From contig JBFWWG010000009.1 of the NCBI GenBank assembly GCA_050246315.1, positions 64,001 to 128,000 of the forward strand: DNA of 64,000 nucleotides. Reading direction: 5' to 3'. The notes beneath the pieces are model-generated. The model had not been told where the DNA came from. It searched no databases and worked only from the letters and a program-made list of their open reading frames with translations. The translations under genes and the position numbers were made by a program. This DNA is from Nitrospiraceae bacterium (GTDB lineage Bacteria; Nitrospirota; Nitrospiria; Nitrospirales; Nitrospiraceae). Positions 1-10,972 of the stretch are shown piece after piece (within the stretch, counting starts at the first letter, position 1; the number at the start of each line of letters is the position of its first letter).

Positions 1-88
1 TCCTTGGCCTGGACTGACACAGGGAAGCGACGCTCATTCCCAAGGGTCCCTTCCTCCCCTCTCCCTTGGGGCGAGATGGAGATGGTTC

Positions 89-526
89 ATGAAGCCTGAC
101 TTTCAGATCGACCTCGCGCGGATCGTATTGGCGACGGCGGTACGATGGGTCGCCGACCCTGCGACAGGGACGCTTTCACATCCCTATCTTCAGTGCGGTC
201 TCCGAATGTGTGACGGCAAACGGCGGCGGGCAGCTTGTCGTCCAGATCGTGGGTCGGGTGTGCCACGACCAGCGGCATCACATCAAGGCGACCTAGTGAC
301 GGTGCACGTAGAGACCGCGAAAGATTTTCGTCTAGCCGTACAGGCGGAGGCGGATGAAATCGCCCACCTGCCCGGCTGGATCGTGAGCAACGCGGAGGAT
401 GGCGCCCTTCCCGGCAATCCGCTCGACGACTTCGAGGCCGTGCAGGCGATCCGCCTTCGAGTCAAGCAAGGCCGCCTGGTCCACGACTCAAACCGGCTCA
501 AACCTGATGAAAGGATGCGTGGATGA
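89..526 (+). CDS. hypothetical ORF; C-terminus resembles the tail of an amidohydrolase (possible remnant)
   Basis: 145-aa ORF whose stop overlaps the TBDR start (ATGA); GNPLDDFEAVQAIRLRVKQGRLV resembles amidohydrolase C-termini; remainder unrecognised. Confidence 0.25.
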   Translation: MKPDFQIDLARIVLATAVRWVADPATGTLSHPYLQCGLRMCDGKRRRAACRPDRGSGVPRPAASHQGDLVTVHVETAKDFRLAVQAEADEIAHLPGWIVSNAEDGALPGNPLDDFEAVQAIRLRVKQGRLVHDSNRLKPDERMRG

Positions 527-2793
527 TGAACGGGACATGGAGTCGAAGGTGTCGATGGCTGTTGTTCGCTGTCGCCGTCATCGCTGCGTGGGCGCCGCTC
601 TCGCCCGAGGCGTGGAGCGCGGACGAAGAGACCGATGAGGAAACGCCGTTGATCGAGGTTGCGCCCGTGGAGGTGAGGGGGCAACGGATCGAAAACGTCA
701 ACGACGTGAAGAAGGAGTTTGCGCGACGGCCGGCCAGCAATATCCTGATCGAAGAAAAGCAGATTACGGAGACTCGCGCGTTGAATCTGCAGGATGTCCT
801 GCAATTCGCCCCGGGGGTGCGGTTTCAGTCCCGGTTCGGCGCGGATGAGGGCCAGTTTCAAATACGCGGCACCTCGCTTCGGAACAATTTTCACCATCGA
901 GGGGTCAACATCCTGATCAACGGGATTTACTTCGGCGACGCGGACGGATTTTCGGATTTCGAGTCGATCGATCTGTTGGCGTACGAACGCATTGAAGTCT
1001 ACAAGGGTGCCAATGCCCTGCGGTACGGAGCCAATGCGATCGGCGGCGCGATCAATTTCGTGCCGCGGACCGGATACAGCGCCTCGCTGTTGCAAATGCG
1101 GTTGATCGGCGGCAGTTTCGGCATGGTGAGCGGGCAGGTCTCCAGCGGTAAGGTCACGCAACCTTTCAAAGTGGGGCACATGGACGCGACGATGGATTAC
1201 TACGTCAGCGTGAGCGCCAACCGCCAAGACGGGTTTCAGAGCAACAGCCAGCAGTCGCGGGAGCGTGTCAACGCCAATATCGGTCTGCAATTGGGATCTC
1301 ATCAGGAAATCCGGGCCTATTTTCTTCAGACGAACGTGGCCGAACGGATTCCCGGGGCTCTCACCACGGCTCAAATGTTCGCCGATCGACGACAAGCCGG
1401 AGGACAAACTCCCCCGCCGCTTCCGCCGCCCTTCTTCGCCTGTGTCCAGAACAACCAAACCTGCAACTATGGACGCTACTACAACTTGCAGCGGATCGGG
1501 CTGGCCTATCGGAATGAATTTTCGACGAACCAGTTCTTGGAAATCATTCCCTACTACTCCTACCAGTATCTCGACCATCCGATCTTTCAGACGATCAAAC
1601 AGGACAATAACAACGTCGGCGGCGAGATCCGCTACCGGAACGCGAACCACCTATTCGGCCGGCCGAACGTCTTCGTGGCAGGCGTTCAACCGCGCTACGG
1701 CGCTCAAGCACAATCGCGGTTCGTGAATATCAACGGCAACAACGGCGCGATGACCCAAAACGCGCATCTCAAAACGACCTACTTCGGGGCGTATGCCGAA
1801 GATCAGTTCGATGCTACGGAGGCGCTGACCCTGGTCGCGGGCGGCCGGTGGGACTACAGTGGGCGGCAGGGCACGATCCAGAACTTTGGGCCGGCGGGCA
1901 ATCCGTTCAATCCCAACACCCCGTCCGTCCCCACCACCCTGCAACAGCCACTTCACGATTTTGACGCCCTCAGCCCCAAGCTCGGGTTCGTGTACCGGAC
2001 GTCGCCGCATGCCCAACTCTATTTCAACGCCAGCCGGGCCTATGAGGCGCCGATCAATGTGGAGCTGACATCGGCCTTCAATCCGGACGGCAGCCCTAAC
2101 ACCGGCTTCCTAAACCTGGACGCCCAACGGGCCTGGCAGTTCGAAATCGGACATCGCGGCAAGGCCGCCGATGGACGGTACTTCTGGGACCTCACGGTCT
2201 ACGATCTCGAAATGCAGAAAGAGATCATCACCAACGTGATCAACAACACCAATACGTTCCGTAACGCCAATGCGACGAGACACACGGGAGTGGAAGTCGG
2301 CGGTGCCATCGTGGTGGCGAAGGGGCTGTGGGAAAAGGGACCCGGGCAGGAGGCGGATCAGGTCACCATGCGGGCGGCCTATACCTGGTCGCTGTTCCAA
2401 TTTACCGACGACGTATTTGGAGCGATGACGACCGGAGGGCCCAATGTCCTCATCGCCAAGAGCGGAAATCGCATTGCCGGGGCGCCGGAGCACAATTTGG
2501 CCTACGAGGTCCGCTACGATCATCCGAGGGGCTGGTGGGTGGCACCCAGCTTCGAGTGGGTTCCGAGCGGGTTCTACGTGGACTATCTGAACACGGTGAA
2601 GAATCCCTCCTACTTCGTGCTTCATCTGAGGTCGGGCTGGAACCTGACCCAGCACCTGACCTTCTATGCGGAGGCACGAAATCTGACGGATAAAACCTAT
2701 GCCGGCGCCGTAGTCGTCAACGATCCGTTGTTCCGCTATGCCAACGTGGCGCAAGGGATCAGCGGCTATGCGGGGCTCGAATATAAGTTCTAG
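523..2793 (+). CDS. TonB-dependent receptor
   Basis: 756 aa, signal peptide, plug motifs (QIRG, RIEVYKGANALRYGANAIGGAINF), C-terminal aromatic (LEYKF). Confidence 0.95.
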   Translation: MMNGTWSRRCRWLLFAVAVIAAWAPLSPEAWSADEETDEETPLIEVAPVEVRGQRIENVNDVKKEFARRPASNILIEEKQITETRALNLQDVLQFAPGVRFQSRFGADEGQFQIRGTSLRNNFHHRGVNILINGIYFGDADGFSDFESIDLLAYERIEVYKGANALRYGANAIGGAINFVPRTGYSASLLQMRLIGGSFGMVSGQVSSGKVTQPFKVGHMDATMDYYVSVSANRQDGFQSNSQQSRERVNANIGLQLGSHQEIRAYFLQTNVAERIPGALTTAQMFADRRQAGGQTPPPLPPPFFACVQNNQTCNYGRYYNLQRIGLAYRNEFSTNQFLEIIPYYSYQYLDHPIFQTIKQDNNNVGGEIRYRNANHLFGRPNVFVAGVQPRYGAQAQSRFVNINGNNGAMTQNAHLKTTYFGAYAEDQFDATEALTLVAGGRWDYSGRQGTIQNFGPAGNPFNPNTPSVPTTLQQPLHDFDALSPKLGFVYRTSPHAQLYFNASRAYEAPINVELTSAFNPDGSPNTGFLNLDAQRAWQFEIGHRGKAADGRYFWDLTVYDLEMQKEIITNVINNTNTFRNANATRHTGVEVGGAIVVAKGLWEKGPGQEADQVTMRAAYTWSLFQFTDDVFGAMTTGGPNVLIAKSGNRIAGAPEHNLAYEVRYDHPRGWWVAPSFEWVPSGFYVDYLNTVKNPSYFVLHLRSGWNLTQHLTFYAEARNLTDKTYAGAVVVNDPLFRYANVAQGISGYAGLEYKF

Positions 2794-2907
2794 CCGAATA
2801 GCCCACCGAAGAGCCGGGCGGACGGCCACATCACCACTGGCTCGTGCGTGAATCGTGCACGGAGCGTGTCATCTGGAGACAGACGCGCGGCCCTTGCGCG
2901 TCGCTCA

Positions 2908-2936
2908 TTGATTTCGCGGTACCCCGCCATTATAGT
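2908..2936 (+). promoter_or_regulatory. sigma70-type promoter of TPR gene
   Basis: TTGATT-N17-TATAGT. Confidence 0.5.
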
Positions 2937-2959
2937 CAGCCGATCATGCGGGGACGGCT

Positions 2960-4069
2960 GTGATCAACCGGTGGTCGGGGGAAGAGGTCCGTGCGGACAT
3001 TCGAGCCGTGGCCGTTCCGCCGGTCAAGAGAGTACGGGGCCGGCTGATGGCGGGACTCCTGCCGGCGATCCTCGTCGCGCTTTCAGCGACTGCCGAAGCC
3101 GTTCCATCCGAGAGCGCGACTCGTCAATATGAGCGCGGCCTTCAATTGGTGAAGGAGCGGCAGATCGACGGGGCGATCGAAGCCTTCACCCGGGCGACCG
3201 AAGCGGACCCTCGATTCGCAGAGGCCCACTATCAGTTGGGACTCGCGTTGCTGACGGGCAAGAAACAGCGGCAGGAGGCGGCGGATGCGTTTCGCCGGGC
3301 GCTGTCCGCCTCTCCCAAACATGTCGAGGCGCGATATGAGTTGTCGATCTTGGCGCTGCAGGACGGACAGACGCGGGAGGCCGAGCAGGGTTTCCTCCGC
3401 GTGATCGAGCTGGCCCCCCAACATGAGCAGGCCTATCTGGAACTCGGTCAACTCTACGAACGCCGACCCGCACCGGAGTTGGCGATCAAGACATATCGAG
3501 CCTTGCTCACGGTCGATCGGGATCACCCGGAGGCGCTCTATCGGCTGGCCGGTCTTGCGGACGCCTCGGGAGACGCCGCCGGGGCCACGCGCTATCTGGA
3601 CCGGCTGTTGAAAGCGCGCCCGAGGCATGCCGACGGCTGGTATCTCAAAGGCCGCATCGCCGAAAGGCACAACGATCTGGTGGAAGCGGCCTACGCCTAT
3701 CGCCAGGCCATTCAAGCCAAACCGGGATTCATCGACGCACGCTACAACCTGGCCTTTATTCTCCGGAGTCAGGGGCAGACAGCGGAGGCCGCCGAACAAT
3801 TATCGGATATCATCCGACTGAAGCCGGAGCATGCCGATGCCCATATGAATCTCGGGTTGGTCTATACAAGTCTCAACCGCCTCGATGATGCCGAGCGAGA
3901 GTACGAAGCGGCGGTCACCTTCAACCCGGACCTCGCCGAAGCTCATTACAATTTCGGCGTGTTTTTGGAACTGCATCGCAAGGACATGGTTCGCGCCCTC
4001 GCGCAATATCGGAAGTATCACGAACTGGGAGGGCGGGATGATCGGGTCGAGCGCATCCTCGGCCCCTAA
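2960..4069 (+). CDS. tetratricopeptide repeat protein, probably exported (true start may be downstream)
   Basis: repeated TPR motifs (AEAHYQLG, ADAHMNLG, AEAHYNFG) after a hydrophobic signal segment. Confidence 0.9.
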   Translation: MINRWSGEEVRADIRAVAVPPVKRVRGRLMAGLLPAILVALSATAEAVPSESATRQYERGLQLVKERQIDGAIEAFTRATEADPRFAEAHYQLGLALLTGKKQRQEAADAFRRALSASPKHVEARYELSILALQDGQTREAEQGFLRVIELAPQHEQAYLELGQLYERRPAPELAIKTYRALLTVDRDHPEALYRLAGLADASGDAAGATRYLDRLLKARPRHADGWYLKGRIAERHNDLVEAAYAYRQAIQAKPGFIDARYNLAFILRSQGQTAEAAEQLSDIIRLKPEHADAHMNLGLVYTSLNRLDDAEREYEAAVTFNPDLAEAHYNFGVFLELHRKDMVRALAQYRKYHELGGRDDRVERILGP

Positions 4070-4332
4070 CATGTGTGCCATCAGGCCGCCGTCTCACGCG
4101 CCCGACTCGGATGGCAAGACGCGCCGTTCCATGGTCGCGGCTGCAGTCAGCAGGACGTTGGATTTCCGGAACGTGTCATTCGTCAATCGTGCGGGATTGC
4201 CAGGCTCTGGCGACCTGTCTGCTTCCGCGTTGGTCGAGTGCCTGGTGATATTTGACGCATGACGGTCCAGCCAATCGGCGAGAACAAGGTTGGCGCGCGG
4301 TTTCAAGCGGTTTCATTTGCGGCCAGCAGCCG

Positions 4333-4872
4333 CTACCACCACCAGGGATAGCGGCCATAGGGTCCCCAGAAATTATAATAGCCCGGGTAGACCGGCTGAT
4401 TGAGGTAACGGACCTCCGTCGGCGGGCTCCAGACGCGGATCTGGCGGATGGTGAGGAGGGGATAGACATACTCGATCTCATCGAGCGGGAGCGTGGTGCT
4501 GCCGCTGGCTTCTCCCACGACCGTGACGCGGGTCCCCGGTGGCAAGGCGGCCGGGTCCACCGGCTTGGTCTCCAGAGCAAAAAAGCGGCCTTGCGTCGCC
4601 ATGCGATCCGGTGAAGGTTCATAACGGTCGCCCAGTGGGAGTTGCAGGACTTCGACTCTGGTTCCTGTCTTGAGGCGTTTGGCGGAAAGCACTTCTCCTC
4701 CAAACATGACGACATGCCCACGATAACTGTCGGGCATCTCAATGAGCTGTGGAAAGGTGATGGTCCGGTCGATCTCTTCAGCTTGAGTGATCTCTGCGGT
4801 CCAGGGAGATTTCGTACAGCCCGCGGCGACGAGGCACAGAGGCAGGACGGTGATCGGCATCCATCGGATCAT
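4333..4872 (-). CDS. Slp family outer-membrane lipoprotein
   Basis: lipobox VAAGC; FGGEVL, EVLQLPL, GRF, VTVVG, YVYP motifs. Confidence 0.85.
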   Translation of the reverse strand: MIRWMPITVLPLCLVAAGCTKSPWTAEITQAEEIDRTITFPQLIEMPDSYRGHVVMFGGEVLSAKRLKTGTRVEVLQLPLGDRYEPSPDRMATQGRFFALETKPVDPAALPPGTRVTVVGEASGSTTLPLDEIEYVYPLLTIRQIRVWSPPTEVRYLNQPVYPGYYNFWGPYGRYPWWW

Positions 4873-4962
4873 AGCCGGAGTAGAGCAAGCGCATGTTCGT
4901 GGTTCATGGACTATAATGAATCAGCCGTCCGGGAACGGGTGGAGAAAAGAAAGGAGCGTCCG

Positions 4963-5622
4963 GTGAATCGTGGTGGACAGATCTGGAGAGTGGTCGTGTT
5001 GGCGGTGGCGGCTGGTCTGTGGTCCGTGTCCAGCGGACTGTCGGCCGGTGCGGCGGGCAAAGGCGACAAGGTCGAATTGAAAGGCAAGTACGAATTGGTC
5101 AACGAGCCCTCGACCCACGTCAAAGGCAAAGTGAAGCTGGTTGAGTTTGCCGATTTTTACTGTCCGCATTGCCATCACTTCGAGGAGGCCGGGCTGCCGG
5201 TCCTGAAAAAGGAATTCGGCGATAAGCTGGACGCAACCATGGTGGGTTTCCCGGTCTTTCGGCAGATGTTGCCGACGCCGTTCGAAATGTATGAGCAGGC
5301 GAAGACCATGGGGAAGGGCGAAGAAATGAAAAAAGTCCTCTTCCGCACCATCCATACCGATAAGGTCAAGATCTTTGATAAATCGCTCCGCGCCGTTCTG
5401 ATCAAGGAGGTCGGCCTGGACCCCGTGGCCTTCGAGCAGGGATTGGAGAGCGGGAAGCCCATCAAAGCGCTCGAGGAAGGCAAGCGATGGGGCGAACGCA
5501 TCAATCTGCAGCAAACGCCCACCTTGTTGCTCGACGGGTACGTCAAAGTCACCGACATCAACCCTGATAACGTCAAAGTTGTCATCCAGAGCATCCTGGA
5601 TCAGGAGGCGAAGAAGCGGTAG
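4963..5622 (+). CDS. DsbA-family thiol:disulfide oxidoreductase
   Basis: GTG after AAGGAG; signal peptide; [10 protein letters not shown]; cis-Pro motif QTPT. Confidence 0.85.
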   Translation: MNRGGQIWRVVVLAVAAGLWSVSSGLSAGAAGKGDKVELKGKYELVNEPSTHVKGKVKLVEFADFYCPHCHHFEEAGLPVLKKEFGDKLDATMVGFPVFRQMLPTPFEMYEQAKTMGKGEEMKKVLFRTIHTDKVKIFDKSLRAVLIKEVGLDPVAFEQGLESGKPIKALEEGKRWGERINLQQTPTLLLDGYVKVTDINPDNVKVVIQSILDQEAKKR

Positions 5623-5657
5623 CGGTTCCGCTACCTATCCCTGGAGAGGAGACACCC

Positions 5658-8327
5658 GTGGCGTCCGATCCGATCTGTGGGATGACCGTCGAGCCTGTCA
5701 CGGCGGCAGGCCGTTACGACTACGAGGGCACGACCTACTATTTTTGCAGCCAGCATTGCCTGCATACCTTCCAGGCAAACCCTGTCCGTTACGCCAACGC
5801 GTCCTCCACCAGGTCCTCTGCAACCGCGACCTCGCCTCTGATGATGCCGAGTCTCTCCAAGAAGGGTCTTGTCATGGTCGAGCCTCCTTCTGCTCCGGCC
5901 GGTCCCACGGCCAAAGATCCGGTCTGTGGGATGACAGTCGTGCAGGCCTCGGCGGCCGCCACCCTCCTGCATGAAGGGACGACCTATTATTTTTGCTGTA
6001 CAGGCTGCCGCGACAGGTTCCAGGCCGATCCCGATCGTTATCTCCATCCGGAGCGGGCCAAGCCTGCCGCTCCGGCCACGGGTACCGTCCAGCGTTACGT
6101 GTGCCCGATGTGTCCGGAAGTCGAATCCAAAACACCGGCCCCCTGCCCGAAGTGCGGCATGGCGCTCGAACCGGCGACTGTGCAGCCCTTGACCGGTACG
6201 GAGTACGTCTGCCCGATGCATCCGGAAGTGCGGCAGGCCGAGCCGGGCTCCTGCCCGATCTGCGGGATGGCGCTGGAGGCCAGGACGGTCGCCAAACAGC
6301 AAGAGGACAACCCCGAGCTCAGCATGATGAGCCGGCGATTCTGGCTCTGCCTGCCGTTGGCGGCGGTGGTTCTGGTTACGGCGATGTCGGACATGATTCC
6401 CGGGCAACCCTTGCAGCAAATCGCCTCCCGAACGCAGCTCAACTGGCTGGAGTTCGTGCTCGCCACGCCGGTGGTCCTCTGGGGAGGCTGGCCGTTCTTC
6501 GAACGGGGTTGGCATTCGGTCACGTCGCGCCATTTCAACATGTTTACCTTGATCGCGATGGGGACGGGCGCCGCCTACGGCTATAGTGTCGTAGCGACGT
6601 TGTTTCCGGACTGGCTGCCGGCCTCGTTCAAACATGCCGGTGGCGCGGTCGCGGTCTATTTTGAGGCGGGAGCCGTGATCACCGTCCTCGTCCTTCTGGG
6701 GCAGGTGCTCGAGCTGCGCGCCCGGAGTCAAACCGGCAGCGCCATACGTTCGCTGTTGCAACTGGCTCCGTCCATCGCTCACCGTCTTCGGGGTCCCGGA
6801 CAGGAGGAAGAGGATATCTCGCTGGAACTGGTCCATCCCGGAGATCGGTTGCGCGTGAGGCCCGGCGAGCACGTTCCGGTGGACGGCCTCGTCATTGAGG
6901 GCAGCAGTGCGGTCGATGAATCGATGCTGACCGGTGAATCGCTGCCGGTGGAGAAGACGGATGGGTCACCTGTAACAGCCGGCACGCTCAACGGGACCGG
7001 TTCCTTCGTGATGCGGGCGGAAAAAGTCGGCGCGGAGACGCTGCTGGCCCGTATCGTGGCGATGGTCAGCGAGGCTCAACGAAGCCGGGCGCCGATTCAA
7101 CGATTGGCCGATGTCGTCTCGGGCTACTTCGTACCGGTCGTGGTGGCGGTCGCGCTGATGGCTGGCCTGGCCTGGTGGTGGTGGGGACCGGAACCTCGCA
7201 TGGCCTTTGCGCTGCTGAACGCGGTCGCGGTGTTGATCATCGCCTGTCCCTGCGCTCTGGGGTTGGCCACGCCGATGTCGATCATGGTGGGAACCGGTCG
7301 AGGAGCGACCGCAGGCGTGCTGGTCAAACATGCCGAGGCGTTGGAGAGGCTGGAGAAGGTCGATACTTTGATTTTCGACAAGACCGGCACCTTGACGGAA
7401 GGAAAGCCGACTTTGAAAAGTTTCCGGTTCGTCCCTCCTTGGGATCAGAACGAACTCCTGCGGTTGGTGGCCAGCCTGGAGCAGGCCAGCGAACACCCGT
7501 TGGCGTCAGCCATCGTGAGGGCGGCGGATCATCAGGGTGTGAAGCGTAGTGAGACGACGCATTTTCAGGCGGTCACCGGCAAGGGGGTCAGAGGGATCGT
7601 CGAGGGAAAGCAGGTGGCGGTCGGGTCGGTCGCATTTCTCAGGGATGAGCTACGAGTGCCGGCGCTGGAATTGCGGGCCTTGGCCGACGAGGGGGAACGA
7701 TTGCGACAGGACGGGCAAACCGTCGTGTTCGTCGCGGTGGAGGGGCATGCGGTGGGGCTGATCGGTGTGGCGGATCAGATCAAGGAGACCACGCCGGAAG
7801 CCGTCCGATTGCTCAGAGAGGACGGATTACGTTTGATCATCGTGACCGGCGACAATCGCACCACCGCCGAGTCCGTCGCCTCCAGGCTGGGAATCACGGA
7901 GGTGCGGGCCGAGGTGCTCCCCGATCACAAGGGGGCCATCGTCAAGCAGTTGCAGGCGGAAGGGCGGATCGTGGCGATGGCCGGAGATGGCGTCAACGAT
8001 GCCCCGGCGCTGGCTCAGGCCGATGTCGGCATCGCCATGGGCACCGGCACCGCCGTCGCCATGGAGAGCGCGGGTATGACCCTGCTCAAGGGGGACCTTC
8101 GCGGTCTCGTCCGAGCTCGGCGATTGAGTCGGGCCACCATGCGGAACATTCGCCAGAATCTGGTGTTCGCCTTCCTTTATAATGCGGTCGGCGTGCCGAT
8201 CGCGGCCGGTGTGCTCTATCCGGTTTGGGGACAGTTGCTAAGTCCGATGCTCGCCAGCGCGGCCATGACGTTCAGCTCGGTGTCGGTCATCGGTAATGCG
8301 CTCAGGTTGCGACGGGTTCTCCTGTAA
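5658..8327 (+). CDS. copA: Cu(I)-translocating P1B-type ATPase with two YHS and two CPM(H/C)P metal-binding domains
   Basis: DPICGM/DPVCGM YHS repeats, [34 protein letters not shown] and MxxSS motifs. Confidence 0.95.
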   Translation: MASDPICGMTVEPVTAAGRYDYEGTTYYFCSQHCLHTFQANPVRYANASSTRSSATATSPLMMPSLSKKGLVMVEPPSAPAGPTAKDPVCGMTVVQASAAATLLHEGTTYYFCCTGCRDRFQADPDRYLHPERAKPAAPATGTVQRYVCPMCPEVESKTPAPCPKCGMALEPATVQPLTGTEYVCPMHPEVRQAEPGSCPICGMALEARTVAKQQEDNPELSMMSRRFWLCLPLAAVVLVTAMSDMIPGQPLQQIASRTQLNWLEFVLATPVVLWGGWPFFERGWHSVTSRHFNMFTLIAMGTGAAYGYSVVATLFPDWLPASFKHAGGAVAVYFEAGAVITVLVLLGQVLELRARSQTGSAIRSLLQLAPSIAHRLRGPGQEEEDISLELVHPGDRLRVRPGEHVPVDGLVIEGSSAVDESMLTGESLPVEKTDGSPVTAGTLNGTGSFVMRAEKVGAETLLARIVAMVSEAQRSRAPIQRLADVVSGYFVPVVVAVALMAGLAWWWWGPEPRMAFALLNAVAVLIIACPCALGLATPMSIMVGTGRGATAGVLVKHAEALERLEKVDTLIFDKTGTLTEGKPTLKSFRFVPPWDQNELLRLVASLEQASEHPLASAIVRAADHQGVKRSETTHFQAVTGKGVRGIVEGKQVAVGSVAFLRDELRVPALELRALADEGERLRQDGQTVVFVAVEGHAVGLIGVADQIKETTPEAVRLLREDGLRLIIVTGDNRTTAESVASRLGITEVRAEVLPDHKGAIVKQLQAEGRIVAMAGDGVNDAPALAQADVGIAMGTGTAVAMESAGMTLLKGDLRGLVRARRLSRATMRNIRQNLVFAFLYNAVGVPIAAGVLYPVWGQLLSPMLASAAMTFSSVSVIGNALRLRRVLL

Positions 8328-8334
8328 AGAAGAC

Positions 8335-9759
8335 ATGCGAAACAGGATGCGACACCGGCTGCCCGTCCAACTCTGCCTCTGTTTCCTCGCCGCGTTGGGG
8401 GGGCAGGCTCCCTGGGCGTCGGGAGCTGATCGGAGCAATGGCCTCGCGTCCGCGATCGATCTGCAAACTCAGATCAAGACCACCGCCTCCAAGGTCACGC
8501 CCGCCGTGGTCAGCATCTCCGCTACCGTGTTTGTGCCCGATCAAGCGCTGAGCGACGAGAACCTGCCCTTTGGATTGTTTCGAGACCAGCCGCAGCTTCG
8601 TCGACAATATGGCCAGGGCTCGGGCGTCATTGTGTCCTCGGACGGGTATATCATCACGAACAACCATGTCGTGGCCGATGCGGTTGATGTGGAAGTCTTG
8701 TTGACCGACCGCCGCCAGTTCAAGGGACGGGTAGTGGCGACCGACCCGAGGACAGATGTGGCCGTTGTCAAGATTCAGGCGGCCACACTCCCGACGGTAC
8801 CATGGGGGGATTCGAGCAAGTTGTCGGTCGGGGATTTTGTGCTGGCGATCGGGAATCCCTTGGGGTTGAGCCGGACCGTGACCTTCGGCATCGTCAGCGC
8901 GGTGGGCCGAGCCGATGTCGGCGTGGCGGATTATGAGGACTTCATCCAGACGGATGCGCCGATTAACCCGGGCAATTCCGGCGGCGCGTTGGTGAATATC
9001 TGGGGCGAATTGGTGGGGATTAACACCGCCATTGCGAGCCCGACCGGTGGCAGCGTCGGCGTTGGGTTTGCCGTGCCGAGCAACATGGCGCGGACGGTGA
9101 TGCAAAGCTTGCTGAAGACGGGCCGGGTGGTACGAGGATTTCTGGGAGCGTCAACTCAAGACGTCACCCCGCTGCTCAGCAAGGTCTTCAAACTTCCGGA
9201 TGTGAAGGGCGCCATTATCACCGATTTGCAGGCCAAGGGGTCGGCCGAGCGGGCGGGCCTTCGCCGCGGCGACGTCGTTGTGCGATTCGACGGGCGTGAG
9301 ATCCCTGACGGGGGACATCTACGCAATGTGATCGCCGCCGCACCGATCGGCAGCCGGCACAAGGTGGAGATCGTGCGCGACGGACGCCTGTTCCAAGCGG
9401 ATTTGGCCGTCCAGGAGGCGCCGCGGGAACGTGCGAGAAAGGCCGAAGCACTCGATTTGGAAAGCCAGCGCACCCATCCGCTGGCGGGGCTGATGATTGA
9501 TGAACTGACCCCGATGATGGCCAAGCAAATGGGGGCGCCGAGTCACACCGGGATCGTCGTGACGGATCTCGAAGAGGGCAGTCTCGCCGAAGCGGCCGGC
9601 ATGCAGCCTGGCGATGTCATCCTCGAAGTCAATCGCCAGCCTGTGCCGAATTTGCTCGCCTACCAACAGGTAGTCGAGCCTATCAAGCCCACTGACCTGA
9701 CTCTCCTCCTCATCAATCGACAGGGAACGGTGCTCTACGTCCCGATCCAGAGCGAATAG
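8335..9759 (+). CDS. DegP/HtrA periplasmic serine protease with two PDZ domains
   Basis: TNNHV, TDVAVVK, INPGNSGG catalytic triad motifs; two PDZ domains. Confidence 0.95.
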   Translation: MRNRMRHRLPVQLCLCFLAALGGQAPWASGADRSNGLASAIDLQTQIKTTASKVTPAVVSISATVFVPDQALSDENLPFGLFRDQPQLRRQYGQGSGVIVSSDGYIITNNHVVADAVDVEVLLTDRRQFKGRVVATDPRTDVAVVKIQAATLPTVPWGDSSKLSVGDFVLAIGNPLGLSRTVTFGIVSAVGRADVGVADYEDFIQTDAPINPGNSGGALVNIWGELVGINTAIASPTGGSVGVGFAVPSNMARTVMQSLLKTGRVVRGFLGASTQDVTPLLSKVFKLPDVKGAIITDLQAKGSAERAGLRRGDVVVRFDGREIPDGGHLRNVIAAAPIGSRHKVEIVRDGRLFQADLAVQEAPRERARKAEALDLESQRTHPLAGLMIDELTPMMAKQMGAPSHTGIVVTDLEEGSLAEAAGMQPGDVILEVNRQPVPNLLAYQQVVEPIKPTDLTLLLINRQGTVLYVPIQSE

Positions 9760-9864
9760 GAGCTGTGACCGCCCTCCTCTCGCTCGTATCCGATTCGATA
9801 CCGATCTGTATCTCTTCGGATACGGCACGAGTGCTTGCCAGACGCTCGGCGTTCAGTAGGGACT

Positions 9865-10236
9865 CTAACCCGTGCGATTCATGAACGATTCTACGGCAAT
9901 GACGGATTCGCTGCTGCGACGAACCGGGACAGTCGAAGGTGTTTTTCCGGCGGCGTATCAAACAGTGAGGGAGGAACACGCCCGTAGGGTGCTTCTCCGC
10001 AGGCGCTGTTACGGAAATACGATGAATAGCCGACGGTTCAAGCGAAGGTTGGTAGAGAGAGGCTTCGCCTGACAAGCTGCCGGTTCACACGAAGTGTGGT
10101 ATGGCGGGCGGGCTCGCCGCTCAGTCTCTCAACATGCTGTTTCACTTATGCTTCGGGCTATTCACGTCTCCGGGCGTCCGTCTCACGACGTGATTCCATC
10201 ATTTCGTCACGAATCATCATGAATCATGCGGGTTCG
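9865..10236 (+). mobile_element. ~370-bp MITE-like element, copy 1 (diverged)
   Basis: colinear with the reverse complement of 50592-50962; imperfect terminal inverted repeats AACCCGTGCGATTCATGA / TCATGAATCATGCGGGTT. Confidence 0.85.
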
Positions 10237-10365
10237 GCCACCATACCCACGAGTCGGCTGCTAGGCTGAAGCAGTTGCAGGACCTAGCCGGTACCCAACT
10301 TGCCTCCTTTGTGATCTGAACGGGCACCTGGCTCGCGCTGAGATCCTTGCGGAAGGAGACGGCTC

Positions 10366-10938
10366 ATGAATAAACGACTGGTCACGGGACTTGGAGTTCT
10401 GGGCATGATGATCTGGCTGGCTTTGTTTTCCGCCGGTCTGCTTCTGGATTCGGCGCCCTATCGGAAGGCGATTGCGGCGGCGATGAAGGCCAATCAGTCT
10501 GTACTCCTGGAAGATGTGATCCTGGCTTCGCTGCTTTTTACTCCGACGAACGTGGCCTTCCTCAGCGTCCTGGCCGGATTTCTGGGCGGGTGCACCAGTG
10601 TCCTGAACGATCGCCATCTCTTGCAGGAGGAGATCCATCGGGCGCAGGAGGTGGGGGACCAGGGGCGGGTTTCACGACTGGAGCGCCGGATCAGATTCAT
10701 GGGAGAGTCCCCCATTGTGTCGATGATGCGGGGGTTCGTGGTCTATCTGGCCATCATCTCGGGCATCTTTCTCGTGATCTCCAATCCATTTGATAATCCA
10801 AGCATGGATCAATTCATCCGATTGGCCGGCTTGTTCTCGGTCGTGGCCTTCATGATGGGGTATGATCCGACCCGGTTCGAGGACCTGTTGGAAAAAGTGT
10901 CTTCGCTCAGCCAGAAGCCACCACCGCGCAATCCGTGA
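10366..10938 (+). CDS. hypothetical integral membrane protein
   Basis: 190 aa, AAGGAG SD, about four hydrophobic helices. Confidence 0.75.
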   Translation: MNKRLVTGLGVLGMMIWLALFSAGLLLDSAPYRKAIAAAMKANQSVLLEDVILASLLFTPTNVAFLSVLAGFLGGCTSVLNDRHLLQEEIHRAQEVGDQGRVSRLERRIRFMGESPIVSMMRGFVVYLAIISGIFLVISNPFDNPSMDQFIRLAGLFSVVAFMMGYDPTRFEDLLEKVSSLSQKPPPRNP

Positions 10939-10972
10939 CGGTCTCTGGAGGCGGGGAGAGGCTCTCGGGCGA

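Noticed and set aside
283..1650. Long antisense ORFs (also 12803-14284, 45836-47446 and others)
   Set aside because: Shadows of well-supported genes on the opposite strand in GC-rich DNA.
9872..10072. Short ORFs similar to each other (9872-10072, 30844-31173) and 50640-50936
   Set aside because: Similarity is due to the nucleotide repeat; no recognisable protein family and the copies vary in length and context.
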